Source: Laetmonice hystrix
Taxonomy: Eukaryota
Length of the DNA: 64,000 nucleotides
NCBI GenBank assembly: GCA_965235115.1
Contig: OZ249442.1
Span: forward strand, 2,914,001-2,978,000
Direction: 5' to 3'
Shown: positions 1 to 13,671 of the stretch, piece by piece
Numbering within the stretch: position 1 is the first letter of the stretch
Layout: the number at the start of each line of letters is the position of its first letter
Made by a program: the position numbers and the translations under genes
The notes under the pieces: generated by a model
Databases searched by the model: none
Told to the model about the DNA's origin: nothing
Seen by the model: the letters and a program-made list of their open reading frames with translations, nothing else

Positions 1-227
1 CCCGCTACTGGAGCAGACAGGGGGACAGACACAGGAGGAGTTACCAGTCCGCTACTGGAGCAGACAGGGGGACAGACACAGGGGGAGTTACCGGCCCGCT
101 ACTGGAACAGACAGGGGGACAGACACAGGAGGAGTTACCGGCCCGCTACTGGAGCAGACAGGGGGACAGACACAGGAGGAGTTACTGGCCCGCTACTGGA
201 GCAGACAGGGGGACAGACACAGGAGGA
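1..227. repeat. Minisatellite, 47-bp unit, about 5 copies (truncated by window start)
   Basis: CCCGCTACTGGAGCAGACAGGGGGACAGACACAGGAGGAGTTACCGG recurs at 1, 48, 95, 142, 189. Confidence 0.95.
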
Positions 228-320
228 AGCCCAGCGTCCCGTAGTCACACCTGCGACTCCTCCAGGTGGGGAGGTGGTCGTGAAAGTAGGCCGCCGGGTG
301 TTTATAGAGACAGATTATGA

Positions 321-885
321 AGGTTAGGGTTGGGGATTTAGGGGGCCAGGATTAGGGGTTAGTCAGCGTTAGGGTTAGGGATACAGTTTTAGTGGGTTTA
401 GGGACCGGGATTAGGGTTAGGGTTAAGGTTAGGGATAAGGTTTGGGGACCGGGATTAGGGTTAAGGTTAGGGATTAGGTTTGGGGACCGTGATTAGGGTT
501 AAGGTGAGGGATTAGGGTTAAGGTTAGGGATAAGGTTTGGAGACCGTGATTAGGGTTAAGGTTAGGGATTAGGTTTGGGGACCGTGATTAGGGTTAAGGT
601 TAGGGATTAGGTTTGGGGACCGTGATTAGGGTTAAGGTTAGGGATTAGGTTTGGGGACCGTGATTAGGGTTAAGGTGAGGGATTAGGGTTAAGGTTAGGG
701 ATAAGGTTTGGGGACCGTGATTAGGGTTAAGGTTAGGGATAAGGTTTGGGGACCGTGATTAGGGTTAAGGTTAGGGATCAGGTTTGGGGACCGTGATTAG
801 GGTTAAGGTTAGGGATAAGGTTTGGGGACCGTGATTAGGGTTAAGGTTAGGGATTAGGTTTGGGGACCAGGATTAGGGTTAGGGC
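321..885 (+). repeat. Interstitial telomere-like (TTAGGG-variant) satellite with 38-bp higher-order unit
   Basis: Unit GATTAGGGTTAAGGTTAGGGATTAGGTTTGGGGACCGT (e.g. 548, 586) built from TTAGGG/TTAAGG/TTAGG variants. Confidence 0.9.
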
Positions 886-2703
886 CAGGGACAGGGACAA
901 GTTTTTTATTTTACATATTACCACGAGGACTACCGATCTGACCTTGTCATCAGCCACGTGTTATCACCCACGTCCCACCCCCTCGACCAGCTAATGGCGA
1001 GCACAGCTGGATCCAAAGGGCACCAACCCCTCCCCTCCCGGTGAGTACACGGAGGGTTCGCTTGATTCCACCGTAGTGGCAACCATCTCAGCGAACCTCC
1101 TCAGTTGGTTTCTTGACAATTCCTTTAGAAAACGGCGTTTTTTGAATTTGTCGGATTTGATATAATCAGCGTGAAGGTACAGTACGAATTCGATTTAATA
1201 AATATCACTAACCTCGGTTAAATATACACAGAGCTTGCGGAATCCACATTTCCTACACTTGAAATAGGAAATGATTCATCCGAAACTGATTGTACACAAA
1301 ATACGAATTCGATCAAACTATTGCGCATTGCAGGCTCCGTATTTTCTCAAAGTGCTTCTTGGTATCCCATCACCATGAAGGCAAGCTTCTAGACCCTTAC
1401 CAAATCACCACCAGTTTTATCAACAAATCCGGTTTCTTTCTACGAGTGGCGATCCTGACAGCGGTTGGAGGCCAGTCTCCATGAAGGACCGACTGTGTCT
1501 TTGTGCGTCCCGCTACTCGACCGGAGACAGCCACGGTTTTTTGGGGGGTGGGGGGGGGGGGCAATGAACGTGGTATCACGCGTACGCAATCTGGAAACCA
1601 ATTGAGACCCGCAGACCACCCCGCCTTAACATTCAGCAGACCCCTGAGGCCCTCAAAACGGGCGCTCACAAAAAGGTACAAATAATATCCTGCTATCAAT
1701 GTGAGAATTTACAGAATCTAGTGGTTACTACTACACATCGAGATACTTCAGTAGGCAACAGAACATACACAGAACGGTAGAGATTGACTTCATGGCTTTA
1801 TAAAAACCATATTATGAATTCAGCATACCCCGCGTTTTCTGTTTAAAAACATGCCGACTGTGCAGTACGTAGCTATCTGATTGCAGACATCAAGTTACAC
1901 CGCCCTTCAGCTGCTTCCACTCAGTAATTTGTATATATTGAAGAAATTTGCCACCAGACGTTGAAAACGTTACAAAATTACAAAACCTTAGGCTGTTTAG
2001 AGCTATCACCTTCTCTTACGCCACTCTCTTGGTCATTTGTAAATTTAACTTTTATCATAAAGAATCCGCAGGATGTACAGCTGCTCAATTCGTCGAATCT
2101 TGCACGCCAACCTGGAAGAAAAATAGTCTGACTCTACCTTCATACGAATCCTAACAAATACTCTTTTTCAAAGAACACTAAGCAAGTTTCTTAAGTTCAT
2201 AGTGGATGCCAAACCGCGGTGCTCAGATACGAGGCGCCAACTGGAGTAGGTTAAAAAACGCGGCACGTAAGCCTTAAAGTGGCTGGAGCCGAAACGGACT
2301 CCTATTCAGAGTAGAAGAAAAAACGAGGAACGCACGTCTTCATGTGGCTGGAGCCGAAACGGACCCGTGCTGGTGCCAAGGTTTGTGCCACTGTACAACA
2401 CGCGGTGCACGGTGGGCCGGGAGTTGGGGGCGGCAAGGGGGGGGGGGCAACCGACGGATACCGGGCGGGCAGGCCGGTCATTCCCGGGCGCTAATCTCTC
2501 GTGGTGGTGGCGGTGGTGGTGGTAGTCTGCAATGTCAGTAAACTATCTGGGAACATTGCCCGGTCATAGCCAGCATGCCTGACATCTCAGCGGGCCAGCT
2601 AATCCATTCACGCCGTGCCTAACATCTCCCGGCCACCACCGGGGGGAGAACCAGGGGGAGAACACACACCCCCCGCCTGTCTACGGACTTACCAGACACT
2701 TTG

Positions 2704-3590
2704 CACTCCCAACTCGCCCTCAGCCTCTCTCACATACAGCGACAACAAACTGTCTCACTCCCAACTCGCCCTCAGCCTCCCTCACATACAGCGACAACAG
2801 GCACCCTCACTCCCAACTCGCCCTCAGCCTCTCTCACATACAGCGACAACAAACTGTCTCACTCCCAACTCGCCCTCAGCCTCTCTCACATACAGCGACA
2901 ACAGGCACCCTCACTCCCAACTCGCCCTCAGTCTCTCTCACATACAGCGACAACAAACTGTCTCACTCCCAACTCGCCCTCAGCCTCTCTCACATACAGC
3001 GACAACAGGCACCCTCACTCCCAACTCGCCCTCAGCCTCCCCCACATACAGCGACAACAAACTGTCTCACTCCCAACTCGCCCTCAGCCTCCCTCACATA
3101 CAGCGACAACAGGCACCCTCACTCCCAACTCGCCCTCAGCCTCCCCCACATACAGCGACAACAGGCACCCTCACTCCCAACTCGCCCTCAGCCTCCCCCA
3201 CATACAGCGACAACAAACTGTCTTACTCCCAACTCGCCCTCAGCCTCCCTCACATACAGCGACAACAGGCACCCTCACTCCCAACTCGCCCCCAGCCTCC
3301 CTCACATACAGCGACAACAGGCAGCCTCACTCCCAACTCGCCCTCAGCCTCTCTCACATACAGCGACAACAGGCACCCTCACTCCCAACTCGCCCTCAGC
3401 CTCTCTCACATACAGCGATAACAGGCACCCTCACTCCCAACTCGCCCTCAGCCTCCCCCACATACAGCGACAACAAACTGTCTCACTCCCAACTCGCCCT
3501 CAGCCTCTCTCACATACAGCGACAACAGGCACCCTCACTCCCACCTCGCCCTCAGCCTCTCTCACATACAGCGACAACAAACTGTCTCAC
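2704..3590. repeat. Minisatellite, 52-bp unit, about 17 copies, two interspersed variants
   Basis: CACTCCCAACTCGCCCTCAGCCTCTCTCACATACAGCGACAAC followed by AAACTGTCT or AGGCACCCT; explains ORFs 2615..3421 and 2701..3600. Confidence 0.95.
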
Positions 3591-4084
3591 AACAGGCTGA
3601 GTAGAATAGAAATACGTTGGGATTCGTGCTCGAAATCAGACTAGTTCCCTTGATTTACATTCCAAAGACTGAAAGCATCACCCGCGCCTGCAAGACATTT
3701 CCTACAACATTTGCAGCCTTCCATTCTGAATAGGAATTCTGGTGCTGTTTTATCTCAAACAGTTTCACCACCAAAAGCCTGAGAAGAACAAAGGAGATAC
3801 GACACCTTCATACCAATTCTGATGGTTTCCTGTGGCCCGGTCCTGAGAGATCGGCCTTCCCCCTCCCACCGTACTGCCCCAGTCCGTCCGGGTGGAGGGT
3901 CACAATCCACCGACAGGATCACCCAGGGTGGCGGCCAGCTCAGCCCTCCCTCCTCCTCCCCCTCCCGTCCTCCACGACGGTACCCCACCCCAGGCCGACT
4001 GTGATAGGCCAGCAATCAATACTCGAGACGTTGCTGTGTTTTCTCTCCCTCTGACACGTCACTGATTCCTTGCCATATTTGTTG

Positions 4085-4382
4085 TAACGTAAGAAGCTGT
4101 AATATAGCGTGTTAGGAGATAAGTGCCCTAATGTTGGCCTAAGTAGCCATAACGGAAGTATAGCCGTTACGTTTGGTAAGTAGCCATAACGTAACATATG
4201 CAGCCATAATGTAACGTAAGTAGACGTAACGTAACAAATGTTAACGTAACATAACGTAAGTGGCCGTAACGTAATATATGTCGTCATAACATAACGTAAG
4301 TAGCCGTAACGTAACTTGGCGTTACGTAAGTAGCCGAGTGAACACTTCAGCCTTATGGCCGTTACGGAGAAAATAGCCGTTA
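4085..4382. repeat. Degenerate TAACG/ACGTA short-period repeat, possibly internal to a non-autonomous element
   Basis: Repeated GTAACGTAA, GCCGTAACG, GCCATAACG and inverse GCCGTTACG blocks. Confidence 0.6.
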
Positions 4383-6523
4383 AAAACTGCAAAAATAGAC
4401 TCCATTTTCTCCAGATAACGCAATGTCATCAGATTTTCGTCTGTTACCAAGTTTTGTCACCCTGCAGACGAGTTCCCTGCAAGTCAGTATCTCTCAGCAA
4501 GTTCTGAAACATTCTTATCGACACAATCTGACAAGGACAAATCCACCTACTTCACAGAAACTTTCCTTCAGTAGAATTATACTCCTCAATGTCAATCTAT
4601 GACAAAGCCAAAGTTCTTAGTACACTACAGGTGCGACGTTAGCGAAACCTACATTACTATGACACGCTATACATAATAGTACACGCAGATTACCATACGA
4701 ATCGGAAAATTCCTTTTATTCATCAGACATTTATTAATTGTCCGAATGAAGTAAACCCAGTCCCCCAGCCTACCCAAGAAGATAGCCTCAGTTGCCAGCG
4801 TAAACCCAGCGTAAACACTCACTCCCGTTCCTTTAGGATGATGTGAACTGAACTCCCCAACCCGGAGTGGATCCAATCGTCCGTTTGTACGTCCAACTGT
4901 ACGTAACTCTGTATTCCAAACCGTATTTTGCTGATGGAAGCAGAGTGTAGAAATAGCGCAACTTCCCTCCCATCGACACGTGTTTGAAAAAGGGATTACA
5001 AACAGAGCATGTCTTCTTCAAACTCAATCACTCGTGTACACCGCAGCCACGGCCACGGCAACTTAATTCTGGATTATTTACATTCCATAGAATACCACTT
5101 CAGCAAACTGTCAATCAAAATGACCACCACCTTTACGTCTTTTAGTGATGTCCTCTTCGCCTTGCCGGAAGGAATGAACAATCAATGTAAACCCAGACGC
5201 GCGCGTCGCCGGAAACGAAGGTGGCGGCGGAGGAGTTGATTTGGGCGTTGATATCTTATGCTAACAGTTGCAGTAATCTTGGGACCGGGATTCGATTCTA
5301 GTTGGGTGCTGTACAATTTTCTATTCGGAATCATTGTTTGGGCAAAATTACGCGTTTCTTCCGGGACAGTTTAAAACTGAGCCATGCTGGATGGCAGGAT
5401 TTGAGAAGAAATTCTAAGCTTCCACGAGAACCCTTGACATTGGCGAATATTTAATCCACTTATCCGTGACCTTTTATAAAAATTTGTAAAATTCTGAATA
5501 AAACAGATGTCAGATGTCACTCAAGTATCCCTCGGTTGGGAGAAGACACAAGAAGAAAGTACACCCCCGAAAAAGGACGGACGGTTGGAAGCCAATCCAA
5601 CGAAAACACTAATCTCATGAGCCACGTTTTGCTCTTTCAGCTAAAGACGTGAAACCCGTAACGTTATCGCAGTGGATGCCAACGTGTTTACATTCTTATC
5701 TGATCGACTGACGTCAATTTGCCCAGCTCCATGACCTGGCCTCACAGCCGCCACTAGAGGCCGCCACAGGTCAACCCATCCGGCACGCCCCTCCCCCATC
5801 TCCCCCACACCACCACTACAACCGTTATCTTTGCCACTGAAATATTTCCCCGCTGTTTTTAGGAGGCCAGTGTCGACCGTCGATTCAGGGTGTTCTTGAC
5901 GGGAAATCTTCTACTTGGCTCAGTGAATGAAGAAAACCTTAGCCTGTAGTGTAGCTACTGTTAGAACCTTTCAGTATATACCAGACACCATCGCTCTCAT
6001 TGGGAATGGATAACATCTCCTTTGTTGTCGTTCTTCCATTGAGTGTGTCTAACACCTGGTACTGTGAGAGTCGTGATTCCAGCTGGCGATGGAATATACC
6101 CTTCCTGTTGTTATATTTATTAGATAGTGACTGAGCCAGGAGTAATTGGTACTAAACCTGGCCATATTGTCATATAATAAGCTTATAATAGTAGGGCAAT
6201 AGAGGTCTATGAATAATTTATGATGTGGCCTTTATTTACAACCTTAAGTATGATTTATTATCTTCTACCAAGTATATTACAGGTTATGAATATTTGGATT
6301 AAGAAAATACATGCTTTTCCATATCCTGGTCAGATGAGAGAGGATTTTTCAATTGTGAGTAGTCAGATAGTCCTCAGCTACAACTCTTGAACTGTATGGA
6401 TAGATACCCCTTTGTTTAGTTCTAATGTAAAGCCCAAGGGTTGTTGAGACAGATATGTTGTGATCAGATGAAAAATACCATATCCTGTGAGAAGCAACAA
6501 TACGTGCATCGTATCTCAACCAC

Positions 6524-6975
6524 TGACCAAATTAAACCATAAACTGGTAGGGTAGCTCACTCGGTTTGAACCAATTTAAACCATAAACTGATAAGGTAGC
6601 TCACTCGGTCTGAACCAAATTAAACCATAAACTGATAAAGTAGCTCACTCGGTCTGAACCAAATTAAACCATAAACTGATAAGGTAGCTCACTCGGTCTG
6701 AACCAAATTAAACCATAAACTGGTAAGGTAGCTCACTCGGTCTGAACCAAATTAAACCATAAACTGGTAAGGTAGCTCACTCGGTCTGAACCAAATTAAA
6801 GCATAAACTGGTAAGGTAGCTCACTCGGTCTGAACCAAATTAAACCATAAACTGGTAAGGTAGCTCACTCGGTCTGAACCAATTTAAACCATAAACTGGT
6901 AAGGTAGCTCATGCACTCGGTCTGAACCAAATTAAACCATAAACTGGTAAGGTAGCTCATGCACTCGGTCTGAAC
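6524..6975. repeat. Minisatellite, 44-bp unit, about 10 copies
   Basis: CTGAACCAAATTAAACCATAAACTGGTAAGGTAGCTCACTCGGT (e.g. 6610, 6654). Confidence 0.95.
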
Positions 6976-7171
6976 TTGCCTACAGAAAACTGTGGCGGCG
7001 ATAACTTGTATTGATACAAGCGATCATCAGTACGAGAGTGTCGTGTGTCCCACCTGGCGGGCGGTGGGACAGACCGGTGGACGGCCGAGAGGTAAGTAGT
7101 ATATGAGATTGGGTCCGAGGTGACGGCAATCAACGGATGACACTCGGGTCGGCAATGTGAAGGTCACGGGC

Positions 7172-7391
7172 AGAAACAGCAGGAGCAACCAGCAGCCAGC
7201 AGCAGCAGCAGCAGCCAGCAGCAGCAGCCAGCAACCTGCAGCCAGCAGCAGCAGCAGCAACAACCAGCAGCAGCAGCAACAACAACCAGCAGCAGCAACC
7301 AGCAACAGCCAGCAGCAGCCAGCAACCATCAGCAATCAGCAGCCAGCAGCAGCAGAAGCAGCAACCATCAGCAATCAGCAGCCAGCAGCTG

Positions 7392-7426
<35 letters not shown>

Positions 7427-7780
7427 CATCAGCAATTAGCAGCCAGCAGCAGCCAACAGCAGCCAGCAGCAGCCAGCAGCAGCCAGCAGCAGCCAGCAAC
7501 CAGCAGCCAGCAGCCAGCAGCAGCAGCCAGCAGCAGCCAGCAGCAGCCAGCAGCAGCTAGCAACCAGCAGCCTGCAGCAGCAGCCAGCAGCCAGCAGCCA
7601 ACAGCCAGCAGCAGCAGCCAGCAGCAGCAGCCAGCAACAGCAGCAGCCAGCAGCAGCCAGCAGCAGCAGCAGCAGCCAGCAGCAGCCAGCAGCAGCCAGC
7701 AGCCAGCAGTCAGCAGCAGCAGCCGCCAGCAGCCAGCAGCAGCCAGCAACAGCCAGCAGCAGCAGCCAGCAGCCAGCAGC

Positions 7781-7845
<65 letters not shown>

Positions 7846-7891
7846 AGCAGCCAGCAGCAGCAGCCAGTAGCAGCCAGCAGCCAGCAGCAGC
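7172..7891. repeat. Long interrupted (CAG)n array running into an assembly gap
   Basis: CAG/CCAG/CAA mosaic with a pure (CAG)20 at 7784-7843; followed by Ns. Confidence 0.95.
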
Positions 7892-8020
7892 NNNNNNNNN
7901 NNNNNNNNNNNNNNNNNNNNNNNNNNNNNNNNNNNNNNNNNNNNNNNNNNNNNNNNNNNNNNNNNNNNNNNNNNNNNNNNNNNNNNNNNNNNNNNNNNNN
8001 NNNNNNNNNNNNNNNNNNNN
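7892..8020. other. Assembly gap (129 N)
   Basis: Run of n characters. Confidence 1.
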
Positions 8021-8723
8021 AGGATGTCGAACGATCAAGGTACCAACGCCCATTGGTTACGTGCACCAACTAACCGCCTCACGCTCCACCACCACGCCGG
8101 GTGTGTAATTATGAAAACCTAAACGACATGGATGTCTCATCCTCTCCCACTGAGTGTCAGAGCAGCAGTAGCGCCTGGTCTGAGATTTAAAATCATCGCA
8201 GTCTGCCATAGGAGACCAAGGTTCACAACCCTTCACAATGGTTTACCCAACGGATTTCATAAGTGATAACTGCACATAGTGAGAGAATTATGAATGTAAA
8301 ATATACGTGTAGACTGTAAAGCAGCTCATGTGGCCTTATGTAGGTTCCCATTACAGAATAGTTCAGCGAGGTCCTCTCGTCGTGTTGAGTGTAAGTGGAG
8401 AACCAGTGATCACAAACTTCGGTCTAAATATTGCCGTCATGATTTCAAAGTGAAAAAGTCATCACAAGTTAACGAATGGTAACGAAAGTTGTCACAAGTT
8501 AACGAAAGTTATTACAATACGGGCTCAACTCCCTTCACTGGAGTTCTATTGTTGTTGACATTATGATGGCGCTTCACTGAAATCTAAATCGATACGAACA
8601 CAAGATTGCGAGCCACTCTGTCGGCTGAAGGTAAGAGAATCTGGCGCCGAAACCATGGAGTACGAACGACAATGTACGACCACTTCATCAACAACTCTTG
8701 GAGGCGGTTACAATGAGAACTCT

Positions 8724-8888
8724 CGACCGACTTGACTGACGGTCAAAATGTTGGTCTTCAGTTCATGACCGACTTGACTAACGGTCAAAATGTTGGTCGT
8801 TCATGACCGACTTGACTAATGGTCAAAATGTTGGTCGTTCATGACCGACTTGACTAATGGTCAAAATATTGGTCGTCAGTTCATGACC
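8724..8888. repeat. Short tandem repeat, 38-41-bp unit, about 4 copies
   Basis: GACCGACTTGACTAA(C/T)GGTCAAAATGTTGGTCGTTCAT repeated. Confidence 0.85.
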
Positions 8889-9905
8889 ACTTACCCCCTC
8901 TGGTGGTGAGGTATGGAACCATGCTCCTCCAGGGGTCATTGCTTACTTGTCCAACCTACAACTCCTGGTGGATGTTTTGTATTGTCCATTAGACTGGCCA
9001 ACATTCCATTCAAACATTTCAAACGTAACTTTCGACCAAGTCTTCGTGGTCAGATAAGAGTTTACTAGTAGTGTTGTCGGGTGAAGTTTTGGTTTTTGTT
9101 TTGATTGGCGTTTGATGACCCCCCAACTCCGGGGAATATCTGTGGAAACCACCGAACTGTAACTCACAACCATTCTCACACTTGGTTCGAGGGGGACTGG
9201 AGGCAGAGTTGTGGTCACGAGTCGGAGCGATAGACCGCTGAGTCACCGTGACCCCCGTCAGATGTAGAAATTGATGACTTAAAGAACGAGTAACACTATA
9301 ACACTATGGTGGAGGGGAGAGACCAAAGACCCATGGCATACACGTGCATTATACAGTACACTCCTGGAACTGTTCCCACAGCCAACCTTAAATATTCATC
9401 ACCGGCCCCTTAACCACCCCTCCACCCACCCCACCCCACCCTCCACCCACCCCACTCTCCACCCCCCGACGTGCAACATTTTCACTTGACAGAACTTCAT
9501 ACGATGAAATTCTCGTGAACTTGCGCACCATCCATCGATTATTGGCTGTGGTAATTTACCACGGAGCGGGCATCGTAATGAAATGACAGTAGACGTCTGT
9601 CGAGTTAACGGTACAGGAGGCTGGTCCCCACAGCTGATGGTAACTACAGATATGTACGTCAAATCCTTCTCAGTACATCCCCCTTGTCTAGTCGGAACGG
9701 ACTCAAGTTGACAAGGTTAAACACACGGAGAGTCCGACATCATTATTTGATCGTCCATATGTCCAAGGCAACCATAATCCCTTCCCGTGCTTCCAACCAG
9801 GAGTCTGTCTCATGTAATCATCTTCTAAAGTCGAACCCTCTGAAAGTGTCACACTCGTGAACGGTGCGAGTCAGAGACCCGGGCACGATCTGAGAGTCAA
9901 TATGT

Positions 9906-12298
9906 GTGCCCGACTGTCTGAGGTCTGACGGCCACAACTTACACCCCCCCCCCCCCCTGCTGACGGTGCCCGACTGTCTGAGGTCTGACGGCCACAACTT
10001 ACACCCTCCCCCTGCTGACGGTGGCCGACTGTCTGAGGTCTGACGGCCACAACTTACACCCTCCCCCTGCTGACGGTGCCCGACTGTCTGAGGTCTGACG
10101 GCCACAACTTACACCCTCCCCCTGCTGACGATGCCCGACTGTCTGAGGTCTGACATCCACAACTTACACCCTCCCGGCTGACGGTGCCCGACTGTCTGAG
10201 GTCTGACATCCACAACTTACACCCTCCCCCTGCTGACGGTGCCCGACTGTCTGAGGTCTGACAATCACAACTTACACCCTCCCCCTGCTGACGGTGCCCG
10301 ACTGTCTGAGTCCTGACATCCACAACTTACACCCTCCCCCTGCTGACGGTGCCCGACTGTCTGAGGTCTGACAACCACAACTTACACCCTCCCCCTGCTG
10401 ACGGTGCCCGACTGTCTGAGGTCTGACATCCACAACTTACACCCCCGGCTGACGGTGCCCGACTGTCTGAGGTCTGACGGCCACAACTTACACCCTCCCC
10501 CTGCTGACGGTGCCCGACTGTCTGAGGTCTGACATCCACAACTTACACCCTCCCCCGGCTGACGATGCCCGACTGTCTGAGGTCTGACATCCACAACTTA
10601 CACCCCCCCCCCCCTGCTGACGGTGCCCGACTGTCTGAGGTCTGACGGCCACAATTTACACCCTCCCCCTGCTGACGGTGCCCGACTGTCTGAGGTCTGA
10701 CAACCACAACTTACACCCTCCCCGTGCTGACGGTGCCCGACTGTCTGAGGTCTGACATCCACAACTTACACCCTCCCCCTGCTGACGGTGCCCGACTGTC
10801 TGAGGTCTGACATCCACAACTTACACCCTCCCCCTGCTGACGGTGCCCGACTGTCTGAGGTCTGACAACCACAACTTACACCCCCCCCTGCTGACGGTGC
10901 CCGACTGTCTGAGGTCTGACAACCACAACTTACACCCCCGGCTGACGGTGCCCGACTGTCTGAGGTCTGACAACCACAACTTACACCCTCCCCCTGCTGA
11001 CGGTGCCCGACTGTCTGAGGTCTGACGGCCACAACTTACACCCACCCCCTGCTGACGGTGCCCGACTGTCTGAGGTCTGACAACCACAACTTACACCCAC
11101 CCCCTGCTGACGGTGCCCGACTGTCTGAGGTCTGACAACCACAACTTACACCCCCCGGCTGACGGTGCCCGACTGTCTGAGGTCTGACAACCACAACTTA
11201 CACCCTCCCCCTGCTGACGGTGCCCGACTGTCTGAGGTCTGACGGCCACAACTTACACCCTCCCCCTGCTGACGGTGCCCCTCTGTCTGAGGTCTGACAA
11301 CCACAACTTACACCCCCCCGGCTGACGGTGCCCGACTGTCTGAGGTCTGACATCCACAACTTACACCCTCCCCCGGCTGACGGTGCCCGACTGTCTGAGG
11401 TCTGACATCCACAACTTACACCCCCGGCTGACGGTGCCCGACTGTCTGAGGTCTGACATCCACAACTTACACCCTCCCCCCGCTGACGGAGCCCGACTGT
11501 CTGAGGTCTGACATCCACAACTTACACCCCCGGCTGACGGTGCCCGACTGTCTGAGGTCTGACAACCACAACTTACACCCTCCCCCTGCTGACGGTGCCC
11601 CTCTGTCTGAGGTCTGACAACCACAACTTACACCCCCCCGGCTGACGGTGCCCGACTGTCTGAGGTCTGACATCCACAACTTACACCCTCCCCCTGCTGA
11701 CGGTGCCCGACTGTCTGAGGTCTGACCTCCACAACTTACACCCTCCCGGCTGACGGTGCCCGACTGTCTGAGGTCTGACAACCACAACTTACACCCTCCC
11801 CCTGCTGACGGTGCCCGACTGTCTGAGGTCTGACATCCACAACTTACACCCTCCCCCTGCTGACGGTGCCCGACTGTCTGAGGTCTGACATCCACAACTT
11901 ACACCCTCCCCCTGCTGACGGTGCCCGACTGTCTGAGGTCTGACGGCCACAACTTACACCCTCCCCCTGCTGACGGTGCCCGACTGTCTGAGGTCTGACG
12001 GCCACAACTTACACCTCCCCCTGCTGACGGTGCCCGACTGTCTGAGGTCTGACATCCACAACTTAACCCCCCCCCCCCCCCGCTGACGGTGCCCGACTGT
12101 CTGAGGTCTGACGGCCACAACTTACACCCCCCCCCCCCCCCCTGCTGACGGTGCCCGACTGTCTGAGGTCTGACATCCACAACTTACACCCTCCCCCTGC
12201 TGACGGTGCCCGACTGTCTGAGGTCTGACATCCACAACTTACACCCTCCCCCTGCTGACGGTGCCCGACTGTCTGAGGTCTGACATCCACAACTTACA
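9906..12298. repeat. Minisatellite, about 55-bp unit, about 44 copies, variable poly-C tract
   Basis: GACGGTGCCCGACTGTCTGAGGTCTGACATCCACAACTTACACCCTCCCCCTGCT; explains the many similar minus-strand ORFs. Confidence 0.97.
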
Positions 12299-13671
12299 TT
12301 ATAACCCCCTGCTAACGGTGCTGACTGACTTGACGGCTTATATTGGTGGTACACTGAGGTAGCATCTCCTCCGGGTCCAACCAGGAGAGGGGTTTTTTTT
12401 ATCGATCAGCGGACTAGTAATCTTTACTCAGGTACAGCCAGGTCAGGTTTCTACTTCAAGGCTAGACTTTATTAACGTGCGCTTGGCTGATGATTGGGTT
12501 GTCATGGTGAACAGTTATAGATCTATCCTGGAACATATCAATTAGTCTGTCCGTTTACCTCAAAAATATCGATCTGCGATTTTAATGTAACTACCCCAAC
12601 TTCTGTCTTTTGTTGGATGGAGGTACAAATATGTGTTTTAAGCAGAGCAAAGCAGAGCAAAACAGCCTATTATCAGGACATAAAGCATTCGCTTGGACAT
12701 GCAATATCGGATGCCTAATGTTTTTCTTTGTATAGATGGTTGGCGTCATGTGATGCAGAACCACACAAGAAAGTTTGTGACTTTGGATCAGTGTCTAGTC
12801 GCCACCACTTGTCTCCCGAGGCGAGGCGAAATATCCCGAACCCTGGCCTTCTTTCTACGCCTACTTCCAACTTTGTGGTACTCGGAGGGAATATATGGTT
12901 TCCACAGGTTGGCTATATTGAAACTTCATCAATTTCCATGACTTTTCCAGACCAAAACTCCCAAATCCCATGTCCAATTCTGGATAGAATTAATAAAATA
13001 CTCTAACATGCCAGAAATAATTGTCCCCTAGTACGTCGTAGAACTTTACAATTTAGGCCTAGCAGAAACAAAAATGCGGTTCAAGAGAAATATTAAATTC
13101 CATGACCTTTACAGCCTTTCCAAAACTCATGATTTGGGAAAAGCAACCATGCAAGGGAGTGAGGGAGTAGGAACCCGCTGTGCCTGGCAGCTGGCCCCAG
13201 CGGCGCCTGCTGCTCCCCGGCGGTTGTGTGGGATGTTGACCGGCCAGTCTACAACCCTTGAGACCTTCCCAATGGTATACCTACGGGGTCCTTTACTAAA
13301 CTCTCTACACCACGCTCTAACAACTGCTTTGCAGTCTTCAAAACATTGACAGAGCACTGGGCTGGACGTCTCCGCATGCCCTCTGCATGTCATAGAACCC
13401 GACAGACGTCAGCAGGCTGCCGAGTAGTCTGGTGGAAGGACTTTCGTAACGCTATGGTGTGGTGTTCTTACCCGTCACGTCACGGCAGTTACGCAACCTG
13501 AGCCCAGAACTCCTCGCCATGTATCCGTTAGCCCTCACAGCAAATTGGCAGAACTCCCTGATCAGCTCATAGCAAATTAGCAGAATGGCGTAGCTTTACT
13601 TAATAATGTCCTTAGAACTCACGCAATGTCATAAAAAACATGAACATGCTCGAGTTCTGCCTAGTATAACG

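Noticed and set aside
321-885. True chromosome end
   Set aside because: The array is variant-rich, has a higher-order unit and is flanked by non-telomeric sequence on both sides.
2615-3600. Long ORFs of 268 and 299 aa (and similar ones at 9818-12290, 13694-14255, 16146-17002, 20191-21029, 32732-35369, 40908-41453, 56021-57575)
   Set aside because: Periodic translations of stop-poor minisatellites, open in several frames and strands, with no domain signatures.
5751-5764. Single CTCF-like motif CCACTAGAGGCCGC
   Set aside because: One mismatch in the core and isolated; expected by chance at this scale.
7157-7870. 237-aa poly-Q/A/S ORF
   Set aside because: Product of the CAG array; the frame switches among Q, S and A runs and there is no flanking coding context.
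8160-8240. Possible tRNA-derived SINE head
   Set aside because: A and B boxes too degenerate and no cloverleaf could be built; no tRNA or rRNA gene is supported anywhere in the window.
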